Positions 12,851 through 24,400 of a DNA stretch of 39,642 nucleotides are shown one piece after another (the first letter of the stretch is position 1; each line of letters opens with the position of its first letter). A program made the translations under genes and the position numbers. The notes under the pieces are model-generated. The model made no database searches. It was not told the origin of the DNA and saw only the letters and a program-made list of their open reading frames with translations. The stretch is from Catajapyx aquilonaris (Eukaryota), in contig JYFJ02004334.1 of NCBI GenBank assembly GCA_000934665.2, forward strand, positions 1 through 39,642, given 5' to 3'.

Positions 12851-13593
12851 GTGCCATAACTTGGCAAGGTCCCAAACATTGGCGTAACTAGCCCCCCCAC
12901 CTCCCATAATCCTCACTGGCCCTCCCTACAAATGTCTTGATAATAATAATCATAATCATAATCATTTATTACTCCTTGGGGAAAATCCCATTACAGGAGG
13001 GAGGAAGCGTCACAAACACAACAGTGTAGTTGCTCTCCGTCAAATCCACAATACGTCCTATGAAGTAAAGCGCAAGTAGTACAGAACAATAGATCCTATA
13101 TAAATCTCGCGAGGAGAGGAGTCAAGCAGTATTAAGGAAGCGGCTGACTATAAAATTGAAAAGAAAGAGAAAAAAATAAAAGAATAAGATAAAAGAATAC
13201 AAGCTAAGTGCTAGTACACAATAACCGGAGTTCGCAATCAAGGGCAATAAACCAGCCAACAAGGGAAAGGGGGAACGATTGTCATAATTGAGCAGCGAAT
13301 TACAAAGTAATATCAGTATGTTTCAGCAATCTGGTGGCTTGTACAAAGTAAAATCCCCCATAAAAATAAATTGGGCCTGGGAATCGAATGACGCAATTTT
13401 GCCTTGAATCTCATTGATCTCCATCACAAAAGTGGCATTGGGGAGTAGATAGATTAAGCCTACAATTAGGACAGTTAACGGAGAGCAACAGCTAGTGGAT
13501 AAAAAAATACAGCATGAATTTGACCACAAATGTTTGAATTGTCATTCTTGCGCACATGCTACAGTTAAGCCACCCGCAGATCGGACAAATGTA

Positions 13594-14351
13594 CAGGGTG
13601 TTCCAGAGTTGACGACTCACTCTTTGAAACGCAATTACTTTCGAACGGAACAACATATTTATTTCAAGTATGTACCAAAACATCAAGGGAGGGTGCGAAA
13701 ATATTCCATGTAGGTGGCAGTACTAAGCAATGCTCAGGTCTTGCAACAAAAATTGCCGAAGCAAGACTGTCGTTAGAGAAACGTGTCCAGTGTGTTCGAC
13801 TGTATTCAGTGACAAAAAATGTTACAGAAGTGTGCCGTCAAATGGCCAACCTTTTCGGTGGACCGGCTCCTACCCGAAAATCTGCTGCGAGGGTAAACCA
13901 ACGGTTTGATGAAACTGGAAGTGTCTTGGATCAAAAGAAACCCGGCAAAGGGAGAACAGTTGTGAATCCAGAAAACAAACAGCGCATCCGAGATGCACTG
14001 GAAAGTTCTCCAGCAAAAGCAAAATCAGTCCGATGCCTGTGGGGTTATCTGAAGGAAAAGGTTTACCAGTATTACCACCATCGAATCGGCTCCCTGGAGC
14101 ATCTGCGTGACATAATCACACAGGAGTTCAACGCGATCCCTGTTGACTTATGTCGGAAGGTGTGCGACAACGTCGCCTTGCGATTGCAGGCCTGCATCGA
14201 CATGGAAGGGGGGGTGGTTGACCATACCATGGAGAACATGTCTTAAGTTAGTATTTCCTTGATGTTTTGGTACGTACATTAAATAAATATGTTATTCCGT
14301 TTGAAAGTAATTGCGTTTCAAAGAGTGAGTCGTCAACTCTGGAACACCCTG
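13594..14351 (+). mobile_element. Internally deleted Tc1/mariner element
   Basis: TA TSDs; about 70-bp TIRs cagggtgttccagagttgacgactcac; HTH (RFDETGSVLD) fused to C-terminal LWGYLKEKVY; catalytic core missing. Confidence 0.92.
13752..14246 (+). pseudogene. Truncated transposase
   Basis: Open frame from ATT (probable mutated ATG in aaaaATTgcc) to TAA; lacks the DDD/E domain. Confidence 0.8.
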
Positions 14352-15116
14352 TACTCTGTTTAGTTGCGCAAACCTGAAATAATTGCATGCCTTGGGGAGG
14401 AATAGTAATGGTTTCCATCGACCATGTCTCCACAAGGCCCAAACAAGCCAAGCCTGTGGAACCCCTTGTCAAGCACTGCACTGTCTCATTAAGAGCGCGC
14501 TCTAGGCTACGCGATCCATTGTTGCGGGGAGCCCGTCGCGGCCCGGCCCGTGAGTTTGACACTTCTTCCTCTCGCTGTCACGGCCGCAAATATGGAGGTA
14601 TTGCCATGAAACTGGAGTATCTGGACGCGAAAGAGTTGCACTTTGAGATGGTGGGTTTATTTTTCTCCTGGGGCGATATTTGCGGCCGCCGCGGCCAGGT
14701 ACAGTTTTTGATTTTGACCCGCAATCACTCCTTTCCATGTCAGCACCTGTGAGATTCGAGACCATGACAAGGTTTTTACGCTGAATTACCGTAAGTGTGT
14801 GAAAGGGCACGAGTGTGGCAGTCTTGGTTTGGCCAAACTTTGGGATCGAAAATACCCCCCTCCATGAACAATAACAACTCGCACGAAGAACGCGACGGAA
14901 AATGTTCCTCCCCCTCCTGCTTCCATTTTTTAAACGAATTTTGAGTACATACACCACCCAGGCAAGGAGTGTACCAAGTGTCAGCCTCCTACCTCATCAG
15001 GAAGTTGGAGAAAAACTCGGGACAAAGAGACACACATTCCTTTTGTAATATGTACTTATTTGATATAATGTGCATTAATAATATGAATATAATGACATGT
15101 AATGTAGTTGCAAGGC

Positions 15117-15423
15117 TCACTTCCAGTGTGGCATGGGAAAGAGGAACAGGTTGATATTATCTTGCTCAATTTTATCATTGATCAACATTTGACTTGGCAG
15201 CTTTTCTGCCCATCGGTTGGTCATGCTGGATGGGTGGCCGTTCCAAACCTAGGGGTTAAAAGAATTATTGGATGAACAAGCATTCTTTAAAGACCCCAAG
15301 CATGCAGAACTTACCTGGACTGTGTGTTTGATGTACATGATTTCAAAATCATTATCCATTGTTGCTGCTACTTTCATGGCAGATTCCAGTATGCGGTTAC
15401 TCTTTTTAATAGAGCCAAGTAAC
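15117..15423 (-). CDS. ADCY10: ADCY10-like last two exons 15315-15423 and 15117-15248
   Basis: LLGSIKKSNRILESAMKVAATMDNDFEIMYIKHTVQ|VWNG...FPMPHWK*; 66-nt intron; TGA at 15119-15117. Confidence 0.82.
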
Positions 15424-18400
15424 CTACATGTGTGTGAAACATTCCTATATTTAGCACTTGTTTGTATTAGGACAACATGAACTGCATAAATTAAACAACT
15501 AAGGGTGGAATTTTCGTCCCACTGCACTGGGCAAGAGAGCCAAAAGTGATATGCATGGTGGATCCATGTAAACAACTAGCAGCTGACTCGCATGGTGCAT
15601 TTCGCACAGGGTAATTCAATTCAGCAAGGGATGCAACCTTTATCCTTTGTTTATAATATTACCTTGTCTCAAAAGGAAGTACCATTTGGCCATAATGTTT
15701 TTAAAACTAATTTTTCCCAAAAGTCAATACAGGTAGTCCCTGGTCTACGAACGGGGTTACGTTCCTGAAAATGTCCATAAGTCCGATTTTTATGTCACTC
15801 GGATCCCTGAGGAGCAGCGCATATATACAGCCTAAAGATTCTGCTCCAACAAACTGCTAACATCATGTGTGCTGTTTACATGCACGTAGTTTTCCAATTA
15901 TTTTTTTATTATACAGTGTTTATATTGAACTTGGTGTTGGTCAATGTACACAGAAGTGATTAAAAGTGGTGGAATAATTATAAATTTTCCTTCTGGGGAG
16001 CCTTGGGAGCCCGTTCGTAAGTAGGCTACAGATCGCCTTAAGTCGTTCATAAACCGGGGACTACCTGTATACCCAGTCCTGCCATAAGTTCTCTCCGATA
16101 CTTAAATGTGTCTATCTTTGTTAAAATGTAAAACATTATGTAATATTTATATGTTATATTCTTACGACATAGGGAATACAAAAAATTATATTGCTCAAAA
16201 TGTGCACTCGTTGCTTTTACACACTTATTTAAAACAGTCTGGCGACTCATCTATCACCGCCAGCATCACATATATGGGTTTTGCAGCTGCTATCTTGAGC
16301 CGACATTCTTTCCAAGACTCAGTGTTCCTCTGTGGTTTACAGCAAGCCCTCTCCTCCAATTTGGTCCACAGTAGATAATCCAAAGGGTTCAGATTGCAGA
16401 TTCCTGAAGCTTCAGTAGTGATGAACCCCAGTAAATTCCACTGCAGCCAACATTGTGTGCTCTTGTCTTTGAGTGCTGGTGCTGAGTCCTGCTGAAGACC
16501 CAATGCCATCCAGCACACAGGGTAGGGTTGAGTGGTTTCCCTACCTTCTCTAAAGGCGTCTGCACACGAGCCACGAATTCGTGGCCCAGCGACGCTGGCC
16601 ACGATCCGAAAGGTGGCTGAGCCCCAACCACCTTTCCAGGGGTGGGTCGCTAGTACGCATGCGTCTGCCCTACCCCCCACCCCCAAACCCCTTCTCTTGA
16701 TCGTCTTTCCCCGTTCCCCTCCTCCCGGCAGGGGTGGTGGGCAGGGCGGCGGAGAGTAGCCAGGTGTGAATGCTCTAAATGGAAAGGGTGGCTGGGAAAG
16801 TAGCTGAGCCACGAATTCGTGGCTCGTGTGCAGACGCCTTAAGATGTCACCTTCGCAATTCACCACTGCAGCTATCAAACCTTTTTGGCAAAAATGCAGT
16901 TCTGTGGCTCTGTTGTGGGACATTCCCCCAACAAACCATCACTGATGATGGACGATGACCTCTTTCCACCTTGGGGATCTTCTTGGTGGCTTCTCAGGAG
17001 CTGTGTGTGCACACATAGGCCTACACACAATCAATTTGGCAGTTGAACTTTTCTTCTACCATAAAAATCTTCTGATTTCTAAATGGAATTTTTCCATATC
17101 CCCAGTTTGTGTGCTGCTCCAACAACTGTTTCACTGCTCTGATGTTCCATAAAGCTGCTGTAACTCGCTGTCCTTTGTTTCTACGGAAAGCCCAAAACCT
17201 CAGTTCTTTTTTCATTATATGAGACCTGGTACTTTTTAGAATGATCATCTGTTTCTATGGTCTTCTGCTTGAGAGGATTTTGGCGAATACTCTCGGCAAC
17301 TGCTTCAATGGCTGCTGGTGCTCTTGATACACGTGGACGACCAGCTCTTGGTTTGTCATCGACAGAGGACAGTTGGTCGCATAACTCGTATTTCTTGATG
17401 GTGCATTGAACACTTGGTGATTTCCTGCTCTTGTGCAGTGCGATCAGTGCGACACGGTTCTGTTTGATGGCCCACTGCAAGTTCATGGTTCGGCTGCCTG
17501 ACATGATTTGACTTGTTAACAATACCGAAGGACCTGCTTGCCATGCCCGAAAAGAAAAAAGTGAGAATTTGCCGGAATCTACATGGTTACAAGCCAACTG
17601 CTTTGTGGGACAGAATTTATGGCATGACTAGGTAATCGCAAGGTGGCACAGATCTTTAGCTACTACCTACTTGACCCAGTTACTATGTCAATGGAAGCAA
17701 TTTTCCAACTGCAAATGAACATTTTGCAAGCCAAAGGAGCCCTCTCGCCACCAAGCCTAGATTGATTTCGTCTTTTGGTGGCTCCCTAGGTTCTCGCCGT
17801 ACAAAAAAAATAAAAATATGGCACATATTGTGCTGTTAATAGACGTGTGAACTTCTCAGGAAATTAATGTTGTGATAGTCCAAGTGATAGATAGTCACTC
17901 CTTACCAAAGGTGCTATTTCAAACTGTATGCCATTTTTCATGGAACAAACACCTCAAAAGCAATTTTTTACCAACACTATTTAAATCATAATGTCCCCTA
18001 TAATGCTCTTTTCCAATCACCTCACATACATGATACCAGATGATACTAACCTGTAGCAGTAAGCCTCAAGGTGCATATATCTTGGCCTGAACAAGGGACA
18101 CCCAACAAGTGCCTCCCTCACTAACTTTCTGGTGAATGAAACATTCTTGGAAAGTTTGCAGGTATCATGCATCTTCGTGTCATCCATTTGATAATATAGC
18201 ATGAGCAGCTGGCTCTCATACACTTTCAACATACCATCAGTTCCCCTGAGCCCCCAGATGTGTTCTGGCCTCAACAAGATCATGGATGATTCAGTAAGTT
18301 CATATGCTATGTCCCATTGCTTTCTTCGTGAATACCAGAGACCCAGAGAGGCCTTCAGCCAAAATTTCCACAATCTCGCGATTGGTGCATCCAGCAGGGT

Positions 18401-21400
18401 AACAACACTTGTCTCAAGATCATCAACTGAACCCATGAACACGCCAGTCTGAAGAAAAAGGTCCATTTCAACAGCCGCTAACCCCAGTTCCGTGTCAGTG
18501 ACATCCTGTTGATCTGCCTGCTCCAGGAGCAACTGTATGTGGCGTACATTTTGAATGGCCTCTTCAAAAGCCAAGGTAAGAATGTAGCCACGAAATAGAA
18601 TTGGGAGAAGGTCCACTGCTAACTTCACATTTGATGTCACTTGAGCAAGGTAGTGTGCATGAAAGCCCAACTTAATAGCCCTTTTCAAGCAGCCACGAAC
18701 CAACTCTAGCTGTGAACATGGCATAAAACTTAATCTGATATTTTTTATAATACAGGGTATATACAGTCGACTCCGGATTTAGGAGACTTTAAGGGACCGT
18801 GGAAATCATTATTCTACTGTGTAACCAAGACCTAATGGTATAACTGAGGTTTTACACATGCTATAATATGGAAGTATGGTGGGACCTGCCTTTCGAGGGT
18901 TGCTTATAGCCAAGGCTTTTATATCTGAAGTCGACTCTATACATGGCATTGCAATCTGGGGTCTGGTACATAATACCGAAAGACATAATACAGACAGAAT
19001 AAATTTCCGACAGCTTTATTACCTAAAATATACAAAGAACATATACCTTTCCACTTTTTTCCCGTCGGTATTTTATCCCGTCCGTATTTTTTCCGTAGGT
19101 ATTAGACCCGGGACCGTGCAATCTGTAGTGGTGAGCAATTTTTGCACTAAGTTGCTTAGGTAGTTACTAAGTTTCTTACTGAGACTACATTAGGTCATGC
19201 AGACACCAGTGGACTCAGTGAGCAAAAAAGTGCAATGTATGGCTGATCAGTGGGGCTTAACGTCGGCCTATTTCTGCCTCTAAGGCCCAACACCGACGCC
19301 AGGGGGTGGTCCTCCTCCTGGAAATTTTGCACTCTGGGGATCTTTAACGTGCACTCGCGCAATGTCACAAGCACACGGGACCAACGGCTTTACTTCCCCT
19401 CCGAAGGAAGGCGCACTCTCACTTTTCTACCACCCGGAGAAAAGTCACCGACCTCGGCCGGGTTCTAACCCACAACCTTGGGACCAGAGGCGAGCGCGCT
19501 AACCACTAGTCCACCGGCGCCGGTCAAATGTATGGCTATGAAATGTCAAGGAATCAATGCATAATGAAGTAACTTAGATTATACAAACATTTTGGTGCAT
19601 CTGAGACATGCATGGCATTAACTAATCTTACAATTTTCATAGCGTTCACTGCGATTTGTTCAAAATTGCGATGAAAGACTGACTTTGTGACTTATATGTG
19701 TGGAATACAATGATGAAATGCTTACATGGCCCATAGTGAGGTAGAGATTTGCAATGATAATGGCATCACGAGTGTCAGGTGAGTTGCACTTCCTCTTACA
19801 TATCTCCAGGATCTCCTCCTGACAAGCTCTGGCCTGGGGTGTTCTGGAGAACACAACATACATGTGCATCATGTCGCTACATGCTGTCACATGGTCCAGA
19901 AAGTCTGTCCCAGGAGTTGACTTCTCCTTCATTGCTGTAATACCCATGGTGGGCCTTCCTTCACTTAAAGGTTTCCCCTGACCAGTGTCCACTCTGTCAC
20001 GAATACTCCTTCTTGCTAAACTGTATGCCATTTCTGCAGCTGCCATGGCCATCTTATCTTTTTCTTCATACAAGAAGAGCCTGTAAATGGGAAAAAGAGC
20101 TATGAGTCTCATACTGTTACAAAAGTAGGGAGGCAGAGTGGCGCTGCGGTAACGTATACGCCCATGGACGCCCATGGATGTTAAGGTCCCGGGTTCGATC
20201 CCAGCCCGGGGTTACCCCCTTCATCTCATGCAGAGTTCATTGCCATCTCTGGCTTCGTCTCGGGTAGTATCTCCGTTAAGACAAACCACCCGGGGGAGTT
20301 CACAAAATGACCACAGCAATGACATTGCGCATCCCCTCCTGTCATCCTGCCCATGGGCCTGGGCGGTTCTCAAATGGTTCCGATATGTAGAGTACGCGTA
20401 CGTAATGTGCGAATGACTAACAATAAAGGTCCGTGCGAGATACTGACATGGTAAAAGCACTACCTCCACGATTATTGTTGTTGTTGTTACAAGAGTGACA
20501 CTACATAATTAAGGACTCAACTACAGTATGTGCCAATACAGTTCCCAAGGACAACGACAGCAAGAACAACTGCCATGAAAAATATATAAGTTATTAGAAT
20601 AATTGAAAAGGTGGAGCTGTCAGGGAAATGTCACATTCTCTCCAGTTTTACTACATGGTGCTGGTCATACACTAGGTTGCGATAAATTATGGGTGTATAG
20701 ATATATCCCAGGCAATTCACCTAGGTGTCGTTGATATGTCAAACAAGTTTAGATGGGATATATCAAAATTAACATCAGTAGAGGACCAAATGTTGAAAGC
20801 TCTTAGAGAATAAATGATTCTGTTATGGAAGTAAAGCATGCAAAGCAACAATGAGCCATTATCCGCTTCTTGGCACTAGATTCCACAGCTAGAGCACAGG
20901 CACTTACAAGTGGGCTCCAAGAAGTCTGTCAGGGGGTCCTGTTTGGAATATCTTCTGGCTTTCTTGCCACTCTGATGTCAACCATATGGTTCATGGACAG
21001 ATGAGACCTTATCATAATTTTAGCATGCTTGTTCCGGGAATTTTTGTAACCATATCAGTGTACCATTTACTGGTCCTTTTTCAGTTGGCTCAACCTTGTA
21101 ACTTTTATATGATGACAAGAATTTAGACAGTAAAGGGAAAAAGCATGCAGCAAGTCCATCTCCCTTTTGCTGGTCACTGATATTTTCAATTTTCCATGTC
21201 ACTCCCCTAGCAGAGAATGAGGTTAAAAGGCTAGAAGTGAAGCATTGGGTGGTGGACAAGCAGCTGTATTTGGGTTTTAGCTCAGAACTGATCCACCAGG
21301 CCTCCCCCCCCCCCACCCCCCAGCCCAGGTGCAAATAAATGTAGGAAGGGTAGCAAAGGAAAAGGCACATTGCATGAATGAAGGTTGGTAACTACTGACT

Positions 21401-24400
21401 TGGTAATATAGGTGAGACATCTGGCAACCTGGCTCTTGAAAATGACAATAGCTGGCTTCCGCCACATGATCCTCTTTTTAAATCTTCCAATCGCTTGCAA
21501 CTTTTTCCTCCAAAGAATTCCATAACCATAGTAGGAGAGCCTTCTTGAAATCTTCCTCCGTAATCGTTGGTAAGTTCCCGTGATCCACATCTTTGGAAAA
21601 GGCTGACCAAACAACTTCAATGCCTTCATGAAGTGAAATAGTGCTACATTCGATGGACCCTTTCCCAGGACTGTGATCACGCCATCCAACACCTTCAAAT
21701 GGGCAGCATAGTGTGATGTGGTTGACACAAAGGGAAGATTATACTCATGGAATTCAGGTTTCACTGAAACTAATCTCAGACCAGACTGAGACATTTTGGC
21801 TATATTTTTCTGTGGTGTTGACTCAGCTATTTCAACATCTGGCATATTATGGACATCCTGCGGGAAAAAAATTAGCAGACAATTTAAAATTTTGATGGTG
21901 AAATGAGGGTATATCGGTGTCATCTAATACATATTTCTCGACGTATGTCTGCCTGTCTGATCCCGATGCAAATCCATACGGACGTAGTAAGCATTGGCAG
22001 AAGCTTATCGCGTACACGTAGAGTCACCAAGTCACAAGGCCAGATTGACCATTTTGGGGTTGGGGAATAACTAAGAGAGGTGCCGGTCTTTCAATGCTAT
22101 TCTACATTTACTGCAAAACCTTCAATAAATTTTGCATTACATACTTTTGCTGGATTTTTAAGGTGTATTGTGTATTTTCTTACAACCAGCTGACATCCGC
22201 AGTTTGGACTTCATGCGCATGCAATATGCTCCATGTTACAGGTATGCCAACGTTGTATAGCCATAATTATTGCAAAGGTATAACTACCAAATCAATGAGT
22301 TACTCCTATGGAAAAGTATTTCATAACCCGAGCAACGCCGGGTATCCTGCTAGTACTTAAATATAATTATGCAACAAAATTTAGAATCACCATGGCAATA
22401 TGGTTTATGTTAATATTGGCGAATGCAAGATATAGATCTGGACGTGTCTCCTGTCCTTCAAATTATTTTTTTAATCAATTTGAAATTCTCATGTTCATGA
22501 AAGGATTGCAATATGTCACCTCTCAGGCATGTACTGTACAGTATAGTACATTCTCAATTCTTGAGGAGGAAGGGCATATGATATGGGGGGATCAAGTGCA
22601 GCTGCCGCAGTGGTTGGGAGTTAGCAGAAAAATGCGGAGCATCCAACAGGTGGCAACTGGTCTTGTGTGCCTCAATACCTCCCACCCAATAGCAGTAACT
22701 ATGTCTCAAGTAATATCCAGTTTTAATTTATTACTAGGGTAATGCTCAGGAACTTCAGAGGTGGAAGACAGTGTGGCCTTAACCACTACACCACCATGAC
22801 ACTATAGAAGTCTAAAGTATATATGATTATGACTTAATAATAGCCTCTTAACTACATGAATGTAAGTTTTATTACTCACCTGCAATAACGCAGCAGCGTC
22901 GTCCAACCTATCCTGTGCCTCCTCCAGCTTCCCTATGACTATGCACGCTTCTATGCCTTCAATCGAGCAGGACAAGGCCATCTCAGGCATATCTGTTGAG
23001 AGTTTTAAAATTAGTCATAAAGTCCCATTCATATTCTTCTTTTTTGCACAATTTTCTTTATCCTTAGTGCAGTGACTGGCAGGCTTGGCATTATTTTTGA
23101 TTTCAAAGTTGTTTAAAGAATTTAGGTGTGCTTTGGTGTAGTTGTTTATTATTTTGTCATCAAACAATTGGTCCATTATTTTGAAGTACACACTGCTCTG
23201 TCAGGTATGAGTAAATAATTCCCCTGCAAAATATTGCAATATTACTTTGTAGGCTATAAAAAATAGTGCCATAATGACAGCAGATTCTCATCATGCCAAG
23301 CTAAACATAAATAGCTTTTAATTATGTATACGGCAGCTCATAGAGACAGGACATCCCTTTCACTCCTGCAAAAACCCCATTTTGATATCCTTCCATTTTT
23401 ACAAATTCCAAAAATAAATGCATTTTTTGTAACCTTTTGTCACTATTCACCCCTGCTTCCGTATTCACCCTATTTTACAGTCCTAATCTTTAATTAGCAG
23501 TACTTCTCTTTCTAGACGTTTCTGCTCACCTTCCCAATTTTAAGTTACAAAATGACAACGCAAATATACGAACGAATATTGAGCAAGAGTATCGTAGTAA
23601 TCTCTTTCCTTGACACCACTGCTCTATGAAGAATGCTTTGAAATTTGAACATGGAGATTTAGCATGGCTGCTCACCTTAAAAATAAAACACCGTCATAAT
23701 GTCACAATAAATTACAAGTGCTCGTAAAATTTCCCATGAAAACTGCAATAAGAATTAACTATAACCAAAAAACATGACCATCAGCTGATCTGAATCACAC
23801 CTTCTCACACTGTCGAAGGCGAAGTATCTTATGGCAATTAAGGCAATTAAATTTTAATGGAGTTGCTACGCCGTAATTACAAGCTACTGTATTTGTACTT
23901 AGAAAATTATCTTATGCATCACATAGAGTATAATTATGGCAATTCCACCTGGTTCATAAGGCTTCAGTGGGTCTGGAGTGCCACATTCAGGGTTCGGAAA
24001 ATTAACCTACAGTTGCTTTGGGAAATGATAATTAAGGTACCTGATGATAATATGGCCAAGCTAATAAGCTTTGGCGGATTTTCCTGAAACCGTATTGGTG
24101 AATTTTAAAAAACAAAGTACGGTATCTTGTACATTGGAACCTTGCTAGTGGAGGACAAAATAATCCGACGTATAGCTGAAAGGGAACAATGGGAAAAATA
24201 TTTTCGCCCAAATGTCTATCATTTGGCCATATTTAAAACATGTATAATGTTAATATGGCCAACAAACTTTCGCTCGCCTAAAAAAATGTTCATAAATATT
24301 TAGCAGAGTAACTGGTTTTTTGTTGTAACTCCTTACATGAAGATTAAGTTAGGTAAATAGAAACTAAGGAAAAAATTCAATTGCATAAGTACTTATCAAA

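Larger units (their letters stand above)
12938..14990 (-). mobile_element. Decayed, internally deleted LINE (APE endonuclease fragment plus 3' tail), interrupted by a Tc1/mariner element
   Basis: Minus-strand frame GSRSL..LGLVETW..ATKQSTFVRSAGGL..IVGLIYLLP..FIFMGDF is restored when 13594-14351 plus one TA is removed. AATAAA plus (TGATTA)n/(TTA)n tail at about 12938-12969. The 5' boundary is approximate. Confidence 0.75.

Noticed and set aside
15575..15612. Reverse Helitron 3' end (ACTAG plus weak hairpin)
   Set aside because: The hairpin is degenerate and no 5' end was found.
16225..16923. 232-aa ORF as a functional protein
   Set aside because: Chimera of a frameshifted maT transposase and an inserted Harbinger MITE.
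19040..19110. CRISPR-like short repeats
   Set aside because: Contiguous degenerate tandem units without spacers, in a eukaryotic intron with no cas genes.
19440..20205. tRNA genes
   Set aside because: The A/B boxes belong to SINE heads with long bodies and tails; no full cloverleaf was seen.
22735..22805. Minus-strand SINE head (TGGTGTAGTGG)
   Set aside because: B box and body are too decayed to support a call.
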